A DNA stretch of 64,000 nucleotides from a virus. The stretch lies in IMG/VR virus record IMGVR_UViG_3300037584_005429, positions 19,060-83,059 of that record; one strand, given 5' to 3'. Position numbers and translations under genes: made by a program. Below, one piece after another: positions 17,180 to 27,236 of the stretch. A model generated the notes under the pieces. It was not told the DNA's origin. It ran no database searches and saw nothing but the letters and a program-made list of their open reading frames with translations. How positions within the stretch are numbered: the stretch's first letter is position 1; every line of letters starts with the position of its first letter.

Positions 17180-19608
17180 TAAAAATCAATAGTTATTGTA
17201 AATTGTTGAGTCCCCGTTCTTGTAATAGGTGACTGCAATTTAGCAATAGCCATTAAATCTGGATTCCCATTTTCATTATCAAATAAACCAATTTCCGTTA
17301 TTCTAGCGTTTGCTGCTGGTAAACTAGGATTTGCTGCATTATAATCTACCCAAGTAGGATTGGTTGATTGTGTGTACTGATTATTACCTAACTGTACTAC
17401 GTGTTTCATTTCATATATTGTTGCCATTATATCAGTAGCTAAACTACCGTAGAAGAAATATTCATCACCAAATTGTAAGTGTGTTGGTTGTGTCGAACTA
17501 GGAATATTTATAAAATTATCTAAGTTATATGAAGTCATCGCTGACCAAAAAGGACAAGTTGCTGTACTACCTGCAGTGTAATCTTCAGTTATATAAAACG
17601 TGTGACCTACTAGTTGTGAAGCAGAAATTTTATCACCTACAGTATGGTTTGTTAATTGTGCTGTCACATCTCTGTAATACCAATTTGCTGGGTTTAGTGT
17701 GTTACCATTAGGAACTAATTGTGTTAGTATATATACTTCTGTCGCTGTAAACCCGGTACCCAACTCATCAGTAATTAAATAAGGAAATTCTCTACCTAAT
17801 GTAAAAGCTACATCAAAAGCATTTTCTCCTGGTTCTTTTGTTTCTTTAACATAGTAATTACAATGTAATCCTGTCGTCATACCTGTATTAATCAACATAT
17901 AAGTTATATAAAGAGTATCCCCATCAAATTGTACGGCACCATTAGTACATCCTGTAGTACACATAGTACCAGCTGGAAATTTTTCTGTTTTAGGAGCTGG
18001 TAGTGTCCAACTTCTATTAGATTTATACGACATTGCTGCTAATAATTCTTCATCATCAATTACAACCATTTTATAATCCGGGAATACTTTACCAACTCTA
18101 TTAGGTCTAGTTGTACCACTACCAGAATTATCGTCCCATAAATGATAATACCTTAATCCATCATCATTCATGTTATTGTTTAAGTTGGATTGCATTAGAT
18201 GTGGTTGTGCACCAACAGGAAAAACGTTGAATCCGGCTGGGTCAACATAAAAAGTTTGACCGTATACCGTTTCATCACCCATACCAGTACCAACACCTGA
18301 ACCCGTAGTACTTGTTTTTTTATGCCACATTAACCAAGGTAAATGCATTTCAAAATTACGTGCTTCACCTATTGTGGTTGCTGGATTATATCCTTGAGCT
18401 TCTAAAGCAAATTTCTCACCATAAAAATCTGTTGTATTTAAATTTGTATAATGTATAAATCCAGCACATTTTTGTTCTGATGGTTTAACACCTCTTACAT
18501 TACTAAAAGAATCATAATACCAAGTACCACAAAACATATCTTGATAATCGTCATATGCTGTATCACTAAATGTTTGTCCATTGTCACTTTCTAAACCAAA
18601 ATACTCTTTAGAACCTGAATACCCACTAGAACCATACTCATTAACCCCTTCATAAATGCTAGTATCTACACCAGCTACAGTGTGTGTCCAATTAATATTC
18701 ATATTCCATATTTGTGCATCAAATTGTGAAACATCACAACAACTATTAAAAGATAGTGTATCGTCACACCAATATGTTGATGTATTAGCTGTAACATATA
18801 TACTATCAGTTGTCATAGGGTCAGCTGATAGGCCAGGATAAACCCTTACCCTAGCAAAAGTTTCAGCGGAGTATGATTGAAATGCTAAATTTGCACTGTT
18901 ATTAAAATCAGCTATATCTCTATCTACCGTTAGTGTTATAGTAGTACTTTGTTGGTCGGCTGCTACACCTCCATTATCTAAAACTTGGTAAAACAGTGTA
19001 GGTGAGGGTGCGTCACAGTTTAACTCAAAACAGCTTGTACCACCCGATAGTTGGTAGGTTACAGAAATTAAATCTCCTGGTTGTGGGGTATAATCTATAC
19101 CATTAGAAGAATAGCACTCGTTAGGAAAAAGACTTGTTGTACCAGCACTTAAAATTTGCATGGTTGCTCCTCCTGTCATAGCTGAGGTTGGTATTACCCA
19201 ATTTGAATTTAGTACGTACTCGAATCCTACCTCCGCACCAAAGTTACATCCTGTTCCACTAAAAAATCCTCTTTGAGCTGCTGTATTATAAACCTCTTCA
19301 AATCCTGGTTGTGGTATTGTTGGGCCAAACGTATCACCACTAGCTATACCATCCTGTAATGGATATTTAACATGTCCTTTATTTTTCGCTGGAAAACCTA
19401 AAAGATTTTGTGCGTTATGTTCAGCTTGTAAAATATGTGTGCCCCTAGCAAATGGTAATGAATTTGTATAACAGTCATAACAAAATTCACTGTCTCCGAT
19501 TTGGAATAACCCTATATTTAATTTACCTTCTGATAATTTTTTTCTACCAGCGTCTGTTAGTCTAGCTACGATAGCTCCTTGTGTACTGTTTTTAACTATA
19601 TAACTCAT
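17179..19608 (-). CDS. Virion structural protein carrying both halves of the fibre-anchor-like motif
   Basis: N-terminal ARLTDAGRKKLSEGKLNIGLFQIGDSE and C-terminal RITEIGLFDNENGNPDLMAIAKLQSPI...FTITIDF. Confidence 0.65.
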   Translation of the reverse strand: MSYIVKNSTQGAIVARLTDAGRKKLSEGKLNIGLFQIGDSEFCYDCYTNSLPFARGTHILQAEHNAQNLLGFPAKNKGHVKYPLQDGIASGDTFGPTIPQPGFEEVYNTAAQRGFFSGTGCNFGAEVGFEYVLNSNWVIPTSAMTGGATMQILSAGTTSLFPNECYSSNGIDYTPQPGDLISVTYQLSGGTSCFELNCDAPSPTLFYQVLDNGGVAADQQSTTITLTVDRDIADFNNSANLAFQSYSAETFARVRVYPGLSADPMTTDSIYVTANTSTYWCDDTLSFNSCCDVSQFDAQIWNMNINWTHTVAGVDTSIYEGVNEYGSSGYSGSKEYFGLESDNGQTFSDTAYDDYQDMFCGTWYYDSFSNVRGVKPSEQKCAGFIHYTNLNTTDFYGEKFALEAQGYNPATTIGEARNFEMHLPWLMWHKKTSTTGSGVGTGMGDETVYGQTFYVDPAGFNVFPVGAQPHLMQSNLNNNMNDDGLRYYHLWDDNSGSGTTRPNRVGKVFPDYKMVVIDDEELLAAMSYKSNRSWTLPAPKTEKFPAGTMCTTGCTNGAVQFDGDTLYITYMLINTGMTTGLHCNYYVKETKEPGENAFDVAFTLGREFPYLITDELGTGFTATEVYILTQLVPNGNTLNPANWYYRDVTAQLTNHTVGDKISASQLVGHTFYITEDYTAGSTATCPFWSAMTSYNLDNFINIPSSTQPTHLQFGDEYFFYGSLATDIMATIYEMKHVVQLGNNQYTQSTNPTWVDYNAANPSLPAANARITEIGLFDNENGNPDLMAIAKLQSPITRTGTQQFTITIDF

Positions 19609-19625
19609 AATTTTTCTCTTTAATC

Positions 19626-19632
19626 ATAAATA
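19626..19632 (-). promoter_or_regulatory. TATTTAT motif
   Basis: Intergenic, 17 nt upstream of the ATG at 19608. Confidence 0.55.
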
Positions 19633-19663
19633 CCTTTTATTTTAATTTGTTCATTTTACTACT

Positions 19664-22600
19664 TTAATATCCACCGCCGCCTCCACCATCTGAAGAAATA
19701 GTTCCACTAATTAAACTACGATTTATCCCTGTTGAAGTATTATTTCTATTTGGTGAATAGAATACATTTCTATCTATGACAAAATTTATCATGTCAGTTT
19801 GTGACTCAGTTGTAATTGTTTGCCCACCTAATAGTGGGTAGTATCTTCTTATTATAATATAATAATAATAACTATCTACATTAGGTGGTAGTAATGTAAA
19901 TTCTTTAAATATATTACCTGTAATATCAACATCAATTACCTCAATAAGTTCTTGAACTAAGTTACCGGTGGAGTCAAAAAGTTTAACTATTATTTCTTCC
20001 TTTAAATTGTTATCTTTTGTATAAGTAACAGGTAATATTGGATTTTTATTTATTGGTGATGATATTACTTGATAGATTGTTTTATAAAATAGAACAATTG
20101 TGTCCCCGCTACTATATGTCGATGTTTCGTGTAATAGTTGTATCTTATTATCACTAAATTTAACATAATCCTTTTCGTCATATTGTAAAACACCATTTAT
20201 AGCTACTGTAATTGCACCTATAGATTGTCTATCTAAATTAATGTAATAATATTCATTTTCTTCATATATTTTTTCTGTTGTATCTGTACTAACCGTTTCT
20301 GGTATTGTAACAAATTGTGAAAAGACACCACCGTTAGTGTCATATAAAAACTGTAAATCATCACCGTTTTGTACCGTTTCTGGGTGAAATATAACACTTC
20401 TAGTATTTTCATAAAAATAATAGTCACCATAATCAATTTGGCCTGGGTCCCCGAGATTATAACCATCTGGTATAGTAGTACCACTTCTACCTTCTTTTAA
20501 AATTACACCATTAACACTAACTAATGGTCTACTAGCTGGTTTTTGTTGTAAATTATAATAGAATGTTGATGAACTGTATGTACTAGCCGAAGTTTCTGGT
20601 AAATCACCTGAACCACTAATTAATTTGTAAGTTTCAATTCTTAATGTTGGTGGTCTGCTATCAACAGGTACATTAAAACTATCTAAAAATAATTGTGGTG
20701 TTGGTGGATTTTTTACTAAAACCATATAAAAATCACTACCAGCATCTATGTCGGTATCCGTTGGATACTCTGCTGTATCTACCCACGTATCAGTTGTTGA
20801 CTTTTTATCTTTATATAAATAACTAGGTCTAATAATAAACTCCCATGAACTATCTGTGGATAAACCTGAGAAAGGCATAAAGGTTTCAGCACTAAATACT
20901 ATAGATTTAACGTCACTATCCATATAAGCTGGCATCGTATCAAATATAGCTTCATAGTCCGCTAATGGGGCAACTTGTTCTGTTTCAAATATATATGGAT
21001 ACACCCTAAATTTAGGATACATATTTTCAAAAATCATATCTTGATTGTTACCACCAAAATAAAATTGTATATTTTTACCTTTATCATTTTCTAAATTATA
21101 AACTTCTAAAGCTGGTCTTCCACCTATTTCTGTAGATATTGTGGTTGTTGGTCTACTTAATCCATTAATTGTTAATGAAGGATTAGGCATAGTTTGTAAA
21201 GATACATTAACTGTTGGTCTAACCTGTGGTACTCCTTTTTGGGTGGTATTGTATTTAGGCCTACATTTTGTATTATTTATGTTTACTGTAGTTGCTGTTG
21301 AAGCTGTGATTCCCACAGTAGTAGTTGGTCCATTATCTACACCACATATAGGTCCTTCCATATATTCATTAAATGAATTACCTGTAAATTGCATGTGATA
21401 AAATCTTGCATCGTCTTGGGAACTACTCCAAAAACCAATTTTTCTTGAACCTAGGAATTTACATAGTCCATAATTATCTGTCCATTCTGGTGCAGAGTCA
21501 TTATTACCTACCCATGTAGTTTTATCTAATAAGTTAAAATCTATAGTATAATCTGAATTAAATGGATTTGCGTCACCATTACCTTTTGTAATAGCACCCC
21601 CAGATACATTTGCCATTGTATCGGTAAATTCTACTCTAAAAAATTGGCCGTAATCACCGTACCTATTACACCTTACTCTAGTAGCTCCCATAGAACTCCA
21701 ATTTGTTCCACTAGTAAATGGTGTTTTAGCACCTGTATTACTGATAATTGTTGTGATACCAAAATCTGGTGCTGATGAAGGACATCCTCCATTACAATTT
21801 CTAAATTTAGGGGTTTTATACTTACTCCAAGCGTAAGCGTCTTGTCCATAGTTGTAGACAACATTTATTCTGTCACTACCTGCTGTCATTACAACGTCTA
21901 TAGTATATGTAACACCAGTAGGTCCATATTTACCCCTATCATCTCTAAATGACGCTATTGTAAACGCTATTGTGTCATCATCTCCAGCACCTGACCTAAA
22001 AGTAAATTCCCAATTATAGTTATAATAAGAACATAAACTTTGTTTACCTGCAGGAGCACTATTATTACCACTAGTAGTATATAGTTGGGATGAACCTCCT
22101 TCTAAAACTATTCCAGTTGCAACAGCAACGGTACCTCCTGAATTAACTGAAAAATCGTTAGATGTGACATCTTCAATAGTTACACCATATGTAATACCTG
22201 TTAAACCACTCACAGCTACCGGACTCCCAAATATACCATAATCATCTCTAGGGTCTAATGTTCTCCAGGCATATCCTGCTCCTTGTGCTGGCCACCAGTA
22301 TAGATATTTTTCAATTACTGTATTATAATAAAATTTACCTATATTAGCTGCACTTGATGCTAAAGTAACTGGACCTAAATTACCACCTTCTGTCATATCA
22401 ATAGCTGCTTCACCTAAATACCAATCAGCACTTGTATCAGTTAATCTACTTGCTGTTGTTCCCGTATAAAACCAAACATATGGGTTACTACTATAAACTT
22501 TACCATCTTTAGCTAAACCAGTATCATAATATTCTGTAGCACTACCACCACCATTTGGTCCCCATCCAGCAAGAAATCCTTGGTCATAGGGAGCGTTAGG

Positions 22601-23242
22601 TACGTATGGTACCCAAGATATTGTTGTTGAGGATAGTGTATTTAAATTCCAACCGGCCGTACTCATTCCATTATTACCGTCATTATAATTATATGGAGTA
22701 CATCCACTGTTGTCTGGTGCAAGATTTGTATTCATAGGTCTATCTTCAATAACACTAACTGTATATACACCATTAGTGATAGAAGAAAATGTATGTGTCG
22801 TATCTGCTGTTGTACCATAATGCGTGTCCACAACTCTACCATTTTTAACTAATTCGTATCTAAAACTTGACGTTGTTGTGGTAGAATCTATAACACTTAT
22901 TTGACCTAATTTATTAGTGTTTAAAACACAGTCATCATTTGATAGATTTGCTTCAATAACTGGGACTGTAAATCCACTTATTTGTAGTTCTGTACTACCT
23001 GTATTACCTATAGAATCTGTTATGGTTGCCTTATACCAACCTTCACAAAGATTTATAATATCAAAAGTATCAGCAGTATAACTACCACTACTACCTGACC
23101 AACTAACACTATATGGTGGTATAACACTTGTATTACCAGAAACGTCAACAGACCATATTTGTCCATTACATTTACTACTTAATGTGTGTTCCACATTATA
23201 GTTAATTAACATTATGTCTCCGTTTGATGTTGCTATTGCCAT
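19664..23242 (-). CDS. Large tail-appendage/adhesin-like protein with SprB-like repeats
   Basis: N-terminal CNGQI..V..SG...PPYSVSWSG...INLCEGWYKATITDS (SprB-like repeat), a lectin-like DDDTIAF segment, C-terminal V.NGV(L/I)...DY beta modules, and the ending GGGGGGY. Confidence 0.65.
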   Translation of the reverse strand: MAIATSNGDIMLINYNVEHTLSSKCNGQIWSVDVSGNTSVIPPYSVSWSGSSGSYTADTFDIINLCEGWYKATITDSIGNTGSTELQISGFTVPVIEANLSNDDCVLNTNKLGQISVIDSTTTTSSFRYELVKNGRVVDTHYGTTADTTHTFSSITNGVYTVSVIEDRPMNTNLAPDNSGCTPYNYNDGNNGMSTAGWNLNTLSSTTISWVPYVPNAPYDQGFLAGWGPNGGGSATEYYDTGLAKDGKVYSSNPYVWFYTGTTASRLTDTSADWYLGEAAIDMTEGGNLGPVTLASSAANIGKFYYNTVIEKYLYWWPAQGAGYAWRTLDPRDDYGIFGSPVAVSGLTGITYGVTIEDVTSNDFSVNSGGTVAVATGIVLEGGSSQLYTTSGNNSAPAGKQSLCSYYNYNWEFTFRSGAGDDDTIAFTIASFRDDRGKYGPTGVTYTIDVVMTAGSDRINVVYNYGQDAYAWSKYKTPKFRNCNGGCPSSAPDFGITTIISNTGAKTPFTSGTNWSSMGATRVRCNRYGDYGQFFRVEFTDTMANVSGGAITKGNGDANPFNSDYTIDFNLLDKTTWVGNNDSAPEWTDNYGLCKFLGSRKIGFWSSSQDDARFYHMQFTGNSFNEYMEGPICGVDNGPTTTVGITASTATTVNINNTKCRPKYNTTQKGVPQVRPTVNVSLQTMPNPSLTINGLSRPTTTISTEIGGRPALEVYNLENDKGKNIQFYFGGNNQDMIFENMYPKFRVYPYIFETEQVAPLADYEAIFDTMPAYMDSDVKSIVFSAETFMPFSGLSTDSSWEFIIRPSYLYKDKKSTTDTWVDTAEYPTDTDIDAGSDFYMVLVKNPPTPQLFLDSFNVPVDSRPPTLRIETYKLISGSGDLPETSASTYSSSTFYYNLQQKPASRPLVSVNGVILKEGRSGTTIPDGYNLGDPGQIDYGDYYFYENTRSVIFHPETVQNGDDLQFLYDTNGGVFSQFVTIPETVSTDTTEKIYEENEYYYINLDRQSIGAITVAINGVLQYDEKDYVKFSDNKIQLLHETSTYSSGDTIVLFYKTIYQVISSPINKNPILPVTYTKDNNLKEEIIVKLFDSTGNLVQELIEVIDVDITGNIFKEFTLLPPNVDSYYYYIIIRRYYPLLGGQTITTESQTDMINFVIDRNVFYSPNRNNTSTGINRSLISGTISSDGGGGGGY

Positions 23243-23256
23243 TACTATTTTTTATT

Positions 23257-26200
23257 TTATCCTTTACAAGGTTCTTTTTCACTTATGCATTTACCCACAC
23301 TTTCACACCAATAATAACCAGGTTTACACAAACCTGAATCCTTACTACTAGGAGATTCTAACTTACTAATTTTATCATAATCCTCTACATATACATCATC
23401 GGATAAATCTCTTCCTGGTTCATCCTCTGGGTCTGATTTTGGTGGTTTAACTGGTCCACCACCTTCATTAATTACTGCTGGGGTACAAAGTTTTACACAT
23501 TCTTCAAATGAGGTAAATCTTCCATTTGGGTCTTCAAAACATAAACCATCTTTACAACTATATCTTATAGTTTGTATACCCTCATCACCTGTGTAATAAA
23601 TACCACCACCAGGATTTGTAAATATGTTAATGTTTACATTATCTTCTAATTCATCTGGATTTCTTGGTCTACCACCAGGTCTGCCTTTTGGTTCTATACC
23701 TCCTCTATCTTCTCCTTCTACATACGGTGGTTTTTTAGGTTCTGGACCACCTGGTCCTACCGGTTTACCACCACCAGAAGATACTTCTTCACCACCATAA
23801 AGTGTATTGGTTGCAGGTGTACTTAAAATTTCTGGTCTTAAATTATTTATAACTTGTCCTATATAAACGTTGTCTACTGCACAATCACCAACTAAGTGAG
23901 CTCTACAATTATTATTCAGAGAAAAACAATATTCTTGTGCATTTTTTAAACAATCATTACATTCTTTAGTTTCTAAATCGTGAAATATATTTGTTATACC
24001 GTATATTGGGTCTAAGTCTAAACTACGCGAAAGTTCTTGTCCACAATGACAATAATATTTACATTTAGTACTATTAGAAACCACTTCTGGTTCTGGGTTG
24101 TAATGTGAAAAAGCGGAAACAATATTAACTTCTTTTCCTTTTATATTTAACTTTTTATTTAAATTAACTACTCTCCAATCTGCTGGCGTAGTTTTATGTA
24201 TAATATCATAAGTACTAGCTACTTTTGTTCCAGAACAAGGTTTGTGGAAACCACAATCTGGAGTAACAACTATATAATGTAACAAAGTATTACCATAATA
24301 ATTTTTAAAATTATTAACTATAATATATGATTGTGATAGTTGTGGAAAATTAAAATCACATTTTGCTCCATATTCATGACTATTATATGTAGGTATATAG
24401 AAACAAAATATTCCATTTTCTTTCATTTGTGTCATACTAGATTTAGACTTATCACTTAAAACATAATCTTTGATTGTATTGTCTTCAATCATTAATTGCC
24501 AATTATTAGATGGTTTTTCTGTGGTTATGTTCCAAACTAATTTATTGTCTGGTGCATTACTATCTACAAAATTTAAACTACCAAAAGTATTTGTACTAAC
24601 AAAAGGTATTTGTATATTACCACATTCGCTATCTGATAGATATAAACTACCATCTAGTTCTATAGTTTTTGTTATATCACCTACCTTATAATCAAACGGT
24701 AAAGATTTTTTAGTTGGGTCGAAGAATAATTTTTTACTAACGACACCATTTGATGCTTTAATACCTCTGTAGTATGGTGATTCAAGAGTGTTACCACTCA
24801 TATCTAATCTATGTCCAAAATTTATATCTATTGCTGTCGCACCACCAGTTAAGTAATAAAATCCACCTTTAGAAGTTGTGTTCCAAGCTGTTTCATATTT
24901 TAATTGTATAGTTTGTCCACTTATTAAATTTATTAAACCAGTATCTAATGTAACAGGTATTTGTTTATGGAATATTGTGGATGATGTCATAGAACTTAAT
25001 ACACAACTATTTGTACCACTAGTTGTCATATCATTTTTGTCAACATCTAATGTTAGATATGCATTTGCAAAACCGTCTGTTTGTCTACTTCTAACAACCT
25101 TAAATTGTGTTAATGTTGTACCTGTACCACCTGTAGAGGAACCACGTACTAATGAAGCTGTAAAGTTAAAGTTTAAAATACCTGTATTAGCCGGTGCATC
25201 ACCACAAATATATTTTTCTCTACCTGATTTACAATCTCTATATTTTTCACCAGCATTAAATTTAAAATCTGTATCGGTAGCCACTACTTCTTTTTCACCG
25301 TCACCCGCTTGAATTATTGAGGTATTTATAAGTCTTTTTATTTCGTAATCGTTGCTTGGATAGTTTCCTGTAAAACCTGAAGGATATGCCTTTTCAAGAT
25401 ATTCACACCATTGGCTATCGGTATATTTTATATTTAAATAACCTTTATATGTAAACCTATAAACACCACTAGTTATCGCTGAATAAGTTAAATAATTATC
25501 CGCATCTGTTTCATTAAAAATTAATGTACCATTATTCCTACCATAAGCCTCACTAAATGTATATGGTCTATATTCTAGAGTAGTATCACCGATTAGTTTC
25601 ATTTTTGTTTGTCTCTCTATATTACTAATAGGTACTATCGTATTAGCTGAAAAAGAAGCTCCACTTAAATGTAGGTCATAGGTTTTATTAGTTATATTAG
25701 GGTCATCGGTCGTAGCTGTAAATCCGGTGTATAATTCTGTTTCATCTTTTTTATCGTATGTTGTAAAACAAAAATCTGTTACAGTGTTAGCACTAATAGG
25801 TGCTATAGTATACAGAGCTGTGAGAAGGTCATGTGCTTTAGGACTATGTTTTGCTCCAACCATTGCACCTTTTTCTGGGTGTACATGGTAGAAACCTACA
25901 TATTCTTCTCCGTTTGGTAGTAGGTATTCATTACCTGATGTATATAATCCTTCTTCCGAACCTATTTTTGTGGGGCCTACAATACATTCTTTACTAGGAC
26001 AAATAGTTATTGTGTTAATATCACCATCGACAGTATATGTAAACCTTACATCTGTAAATGTATTTAAAGAACTTCTATTAACCCATTGAGAAATTCTAGA
26101 GTATGTTCTAGGAATATTTTGTACTTGTCCTTGACTGTTAATTGTGGGATAAGTTTCAACACTACCTATTTGTTGGTTTTTTAATTTTTCACTGAATGCT

Positions 26201-27225
26201 TTTAGTTGTGTTTTTGTTGCAAATTTTAATGAGTAGCATTTATCAGCATCTACAAAAAGTTCATTATTCTGTAATTCTTGTGCCCAGTTTAGTGGAAAAA
26301 CGTATTTACCATTTTTAAATACTTTTCTACTTTCTTTAATTTCATTATTTTCTACAAACCTAGAAACATTATATGGTATTTCTATTAAATTATTACTAGG
26401 TAAATTTACATCTTCCAAATTAACGTTAGGTGTTAATGGATTTTCTACGGCGTAAACCCTACTACTAATTAAATCTAATGTTTCAGGTAGACAATTTTGT
26501 GGTGTTAATTGTTTCTTGTAATCATATATTAATTCTCTATCAGCTAAGTCTTTTGGGTGTAGGGTTAGGTAAGTTGTTTCTAATTTTATTTCCTGTGGTG
26601 GTGTGGTAATTTGTTTTACTGGTTCTATACTTATTATGTCACCTTTTATTATTTTATCCTCATCTAAATTAACTTTAAAATCTAGTGAATGTACATATTG
26701 TCCACAATTCTCTATGAACATATCCATATCAAAAGAAAGGTTATGTATTGTATTTTTTCTAAATGCAATACCTGGAATTATCATTTGTAATGCATGAGCC
26801 TTACCACCTACAATTTTACCAAATGATTTAATACCCCCACTATTTGGGTTTGTACTAAAATAGTTTCTGTGGCTTAGGAAAGCTCCTGCCATCCCTCCTT
26901 GTATTTTTTCAAACCCAAAATTACCTTTAGAATTTCTAAAAACTTCTAGTATTATAGGTGTTCTTTTTAAACCTATAAATTTATTTATATTATAGAATTT
27001 TAATAATTTTTCATCAAAGTATAAAAATACTCTTTGTGTACCATTTTTAACTTCTACTATAACATCTACTGGGTAATCAGTATTATAAATAAAATGAAAA
27101 GATGCTCTTTTGTTAATAATTTCAGAGGGCACTCTACTATTAACGTTTCCAGACATGAAAAAAACAAATTTTATTTCATCACCTAAAACCCTTAAATCTA
27201 CTTTTGTTCTATATACTTTTTCCAC
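23257..27225 (-). CDS. Large putative structural protein with a His-rich module and a Cys-rich C-terminus
   Basis: 1322-aa ORF with a GTG start inside the baseplate block. Contains YVGFYHVHPEKGAMVGAKH, YSCKDGLCFEDPNGRFTSFEECVKLC and CKPGYYWCESVGKC. Confidence 0.6.
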   Translation of the reverse strand: MEKVYRTKVDLRVLGDEIKFVFFMSGNVNSRVPSEIINKRASFHFIYNTDYPVDVIVEVKNGTQRVFLYFDEKLLKFYNINKFIGLKRTPIILEVFRNSKGNFGFEKIQGGMAGAFLSHRNYFSTNPNSGGIKSFGKIVGGKAHALQMIIPGIAFRKNTIHNLSFDMDMFIENCGQYVHSLDFKVNLDEDKIIKGDIISIEPVKQITTPPQEIKLETTYLTLHPKDLADRELIYDYKKQLTPQNCLPETLDLISSRVYAVENPLTPNVNLEDVNLPSNNLIEIPYNVSRFVENNEIKESRKVFKNGKYVFPLNWAQELQNNELFVDADKCYSLKFATKTQLKAFSEKLKNQQIGSVETYPTINSQGQVQNIPRTYSRISQWVNRSSLNTFTDVRFTYTVDGDINTITICPSKECIVGPTKIGSEEGLYTSGNEYLLPNGEEYVGFYHVHPEKGAMVGAKHSPKAHDLLTALYTIAPISANTVTDFCFTTYDKKDETELYTGFTATTDDPNITNKTYDLHLSGASFSANTIVPISNIERQTKMKLIGDTTLEYRPYTFSEAYGRNNGTLIFNETDADNYLTYSAITSGVYRFTYKGYLNIKYTDSQWCEYLEKAYPSGFTGNYPSNDYEIKRLINTSIIQAGDGEKEVVATDTDFKFNAGEKYRDCKSGREKYICGDAPANTGILNFNFTASLVRGSSTGGTGTTLTQFKVVRSRQTDGFANAYLTLDVDKNDMTTSGTNSCVLSSMTSSTIFHKQIPVTLDTGLINLISGQTIQLKYETAWNTTSKGGFYYLTGGATAIDINFGHRLDMSGNTLESPYYRGIKASNGVVSKKLFFDPTKKSLPFDYKVGDITKTIELDGSLYLSDSECGNIQIPFVSTNTFGSLNFVDSNAPDNKLVWNITTEKPSNNWQLMIEDNTIKDYVLSDKSKSSMTQMKENGIFCFYIPTYNSHEYGAKCDFNFPQLSQSYIIVNNFKNYYGNTLLHYIVVTPDCGFHKPCSGTKVASTYDIIHKTTPADWRVVNLNKKLNIKGKEVNIVSAFSHYNPEPEVVSNSTKCKYYCHCGQELSRSLDLDPIYGITNIFHDLETKECNDCLKNAQEYCFSLNNNCRAHLVGDCAVDNVYIGQVINNLRPEILSTPATNTLYGGEEVSSGGGKPVGPGGPEPKKPPYVEGEDRGGIEPKGRPGGRPRNPDELEDNVNINIFTNPGGGIYYTGDEGIQTIRYSCKDGLCFEDPNGRFTSFEECVKLCTPAVINEGGGPVKPPKSDPEDEPGRDLSDDVYVEDYDKISKLESPSSKDSGLCKPGYYWCESVGKCISEKEPCKG

Positions 27226-27236
27226 TATATTATTAT

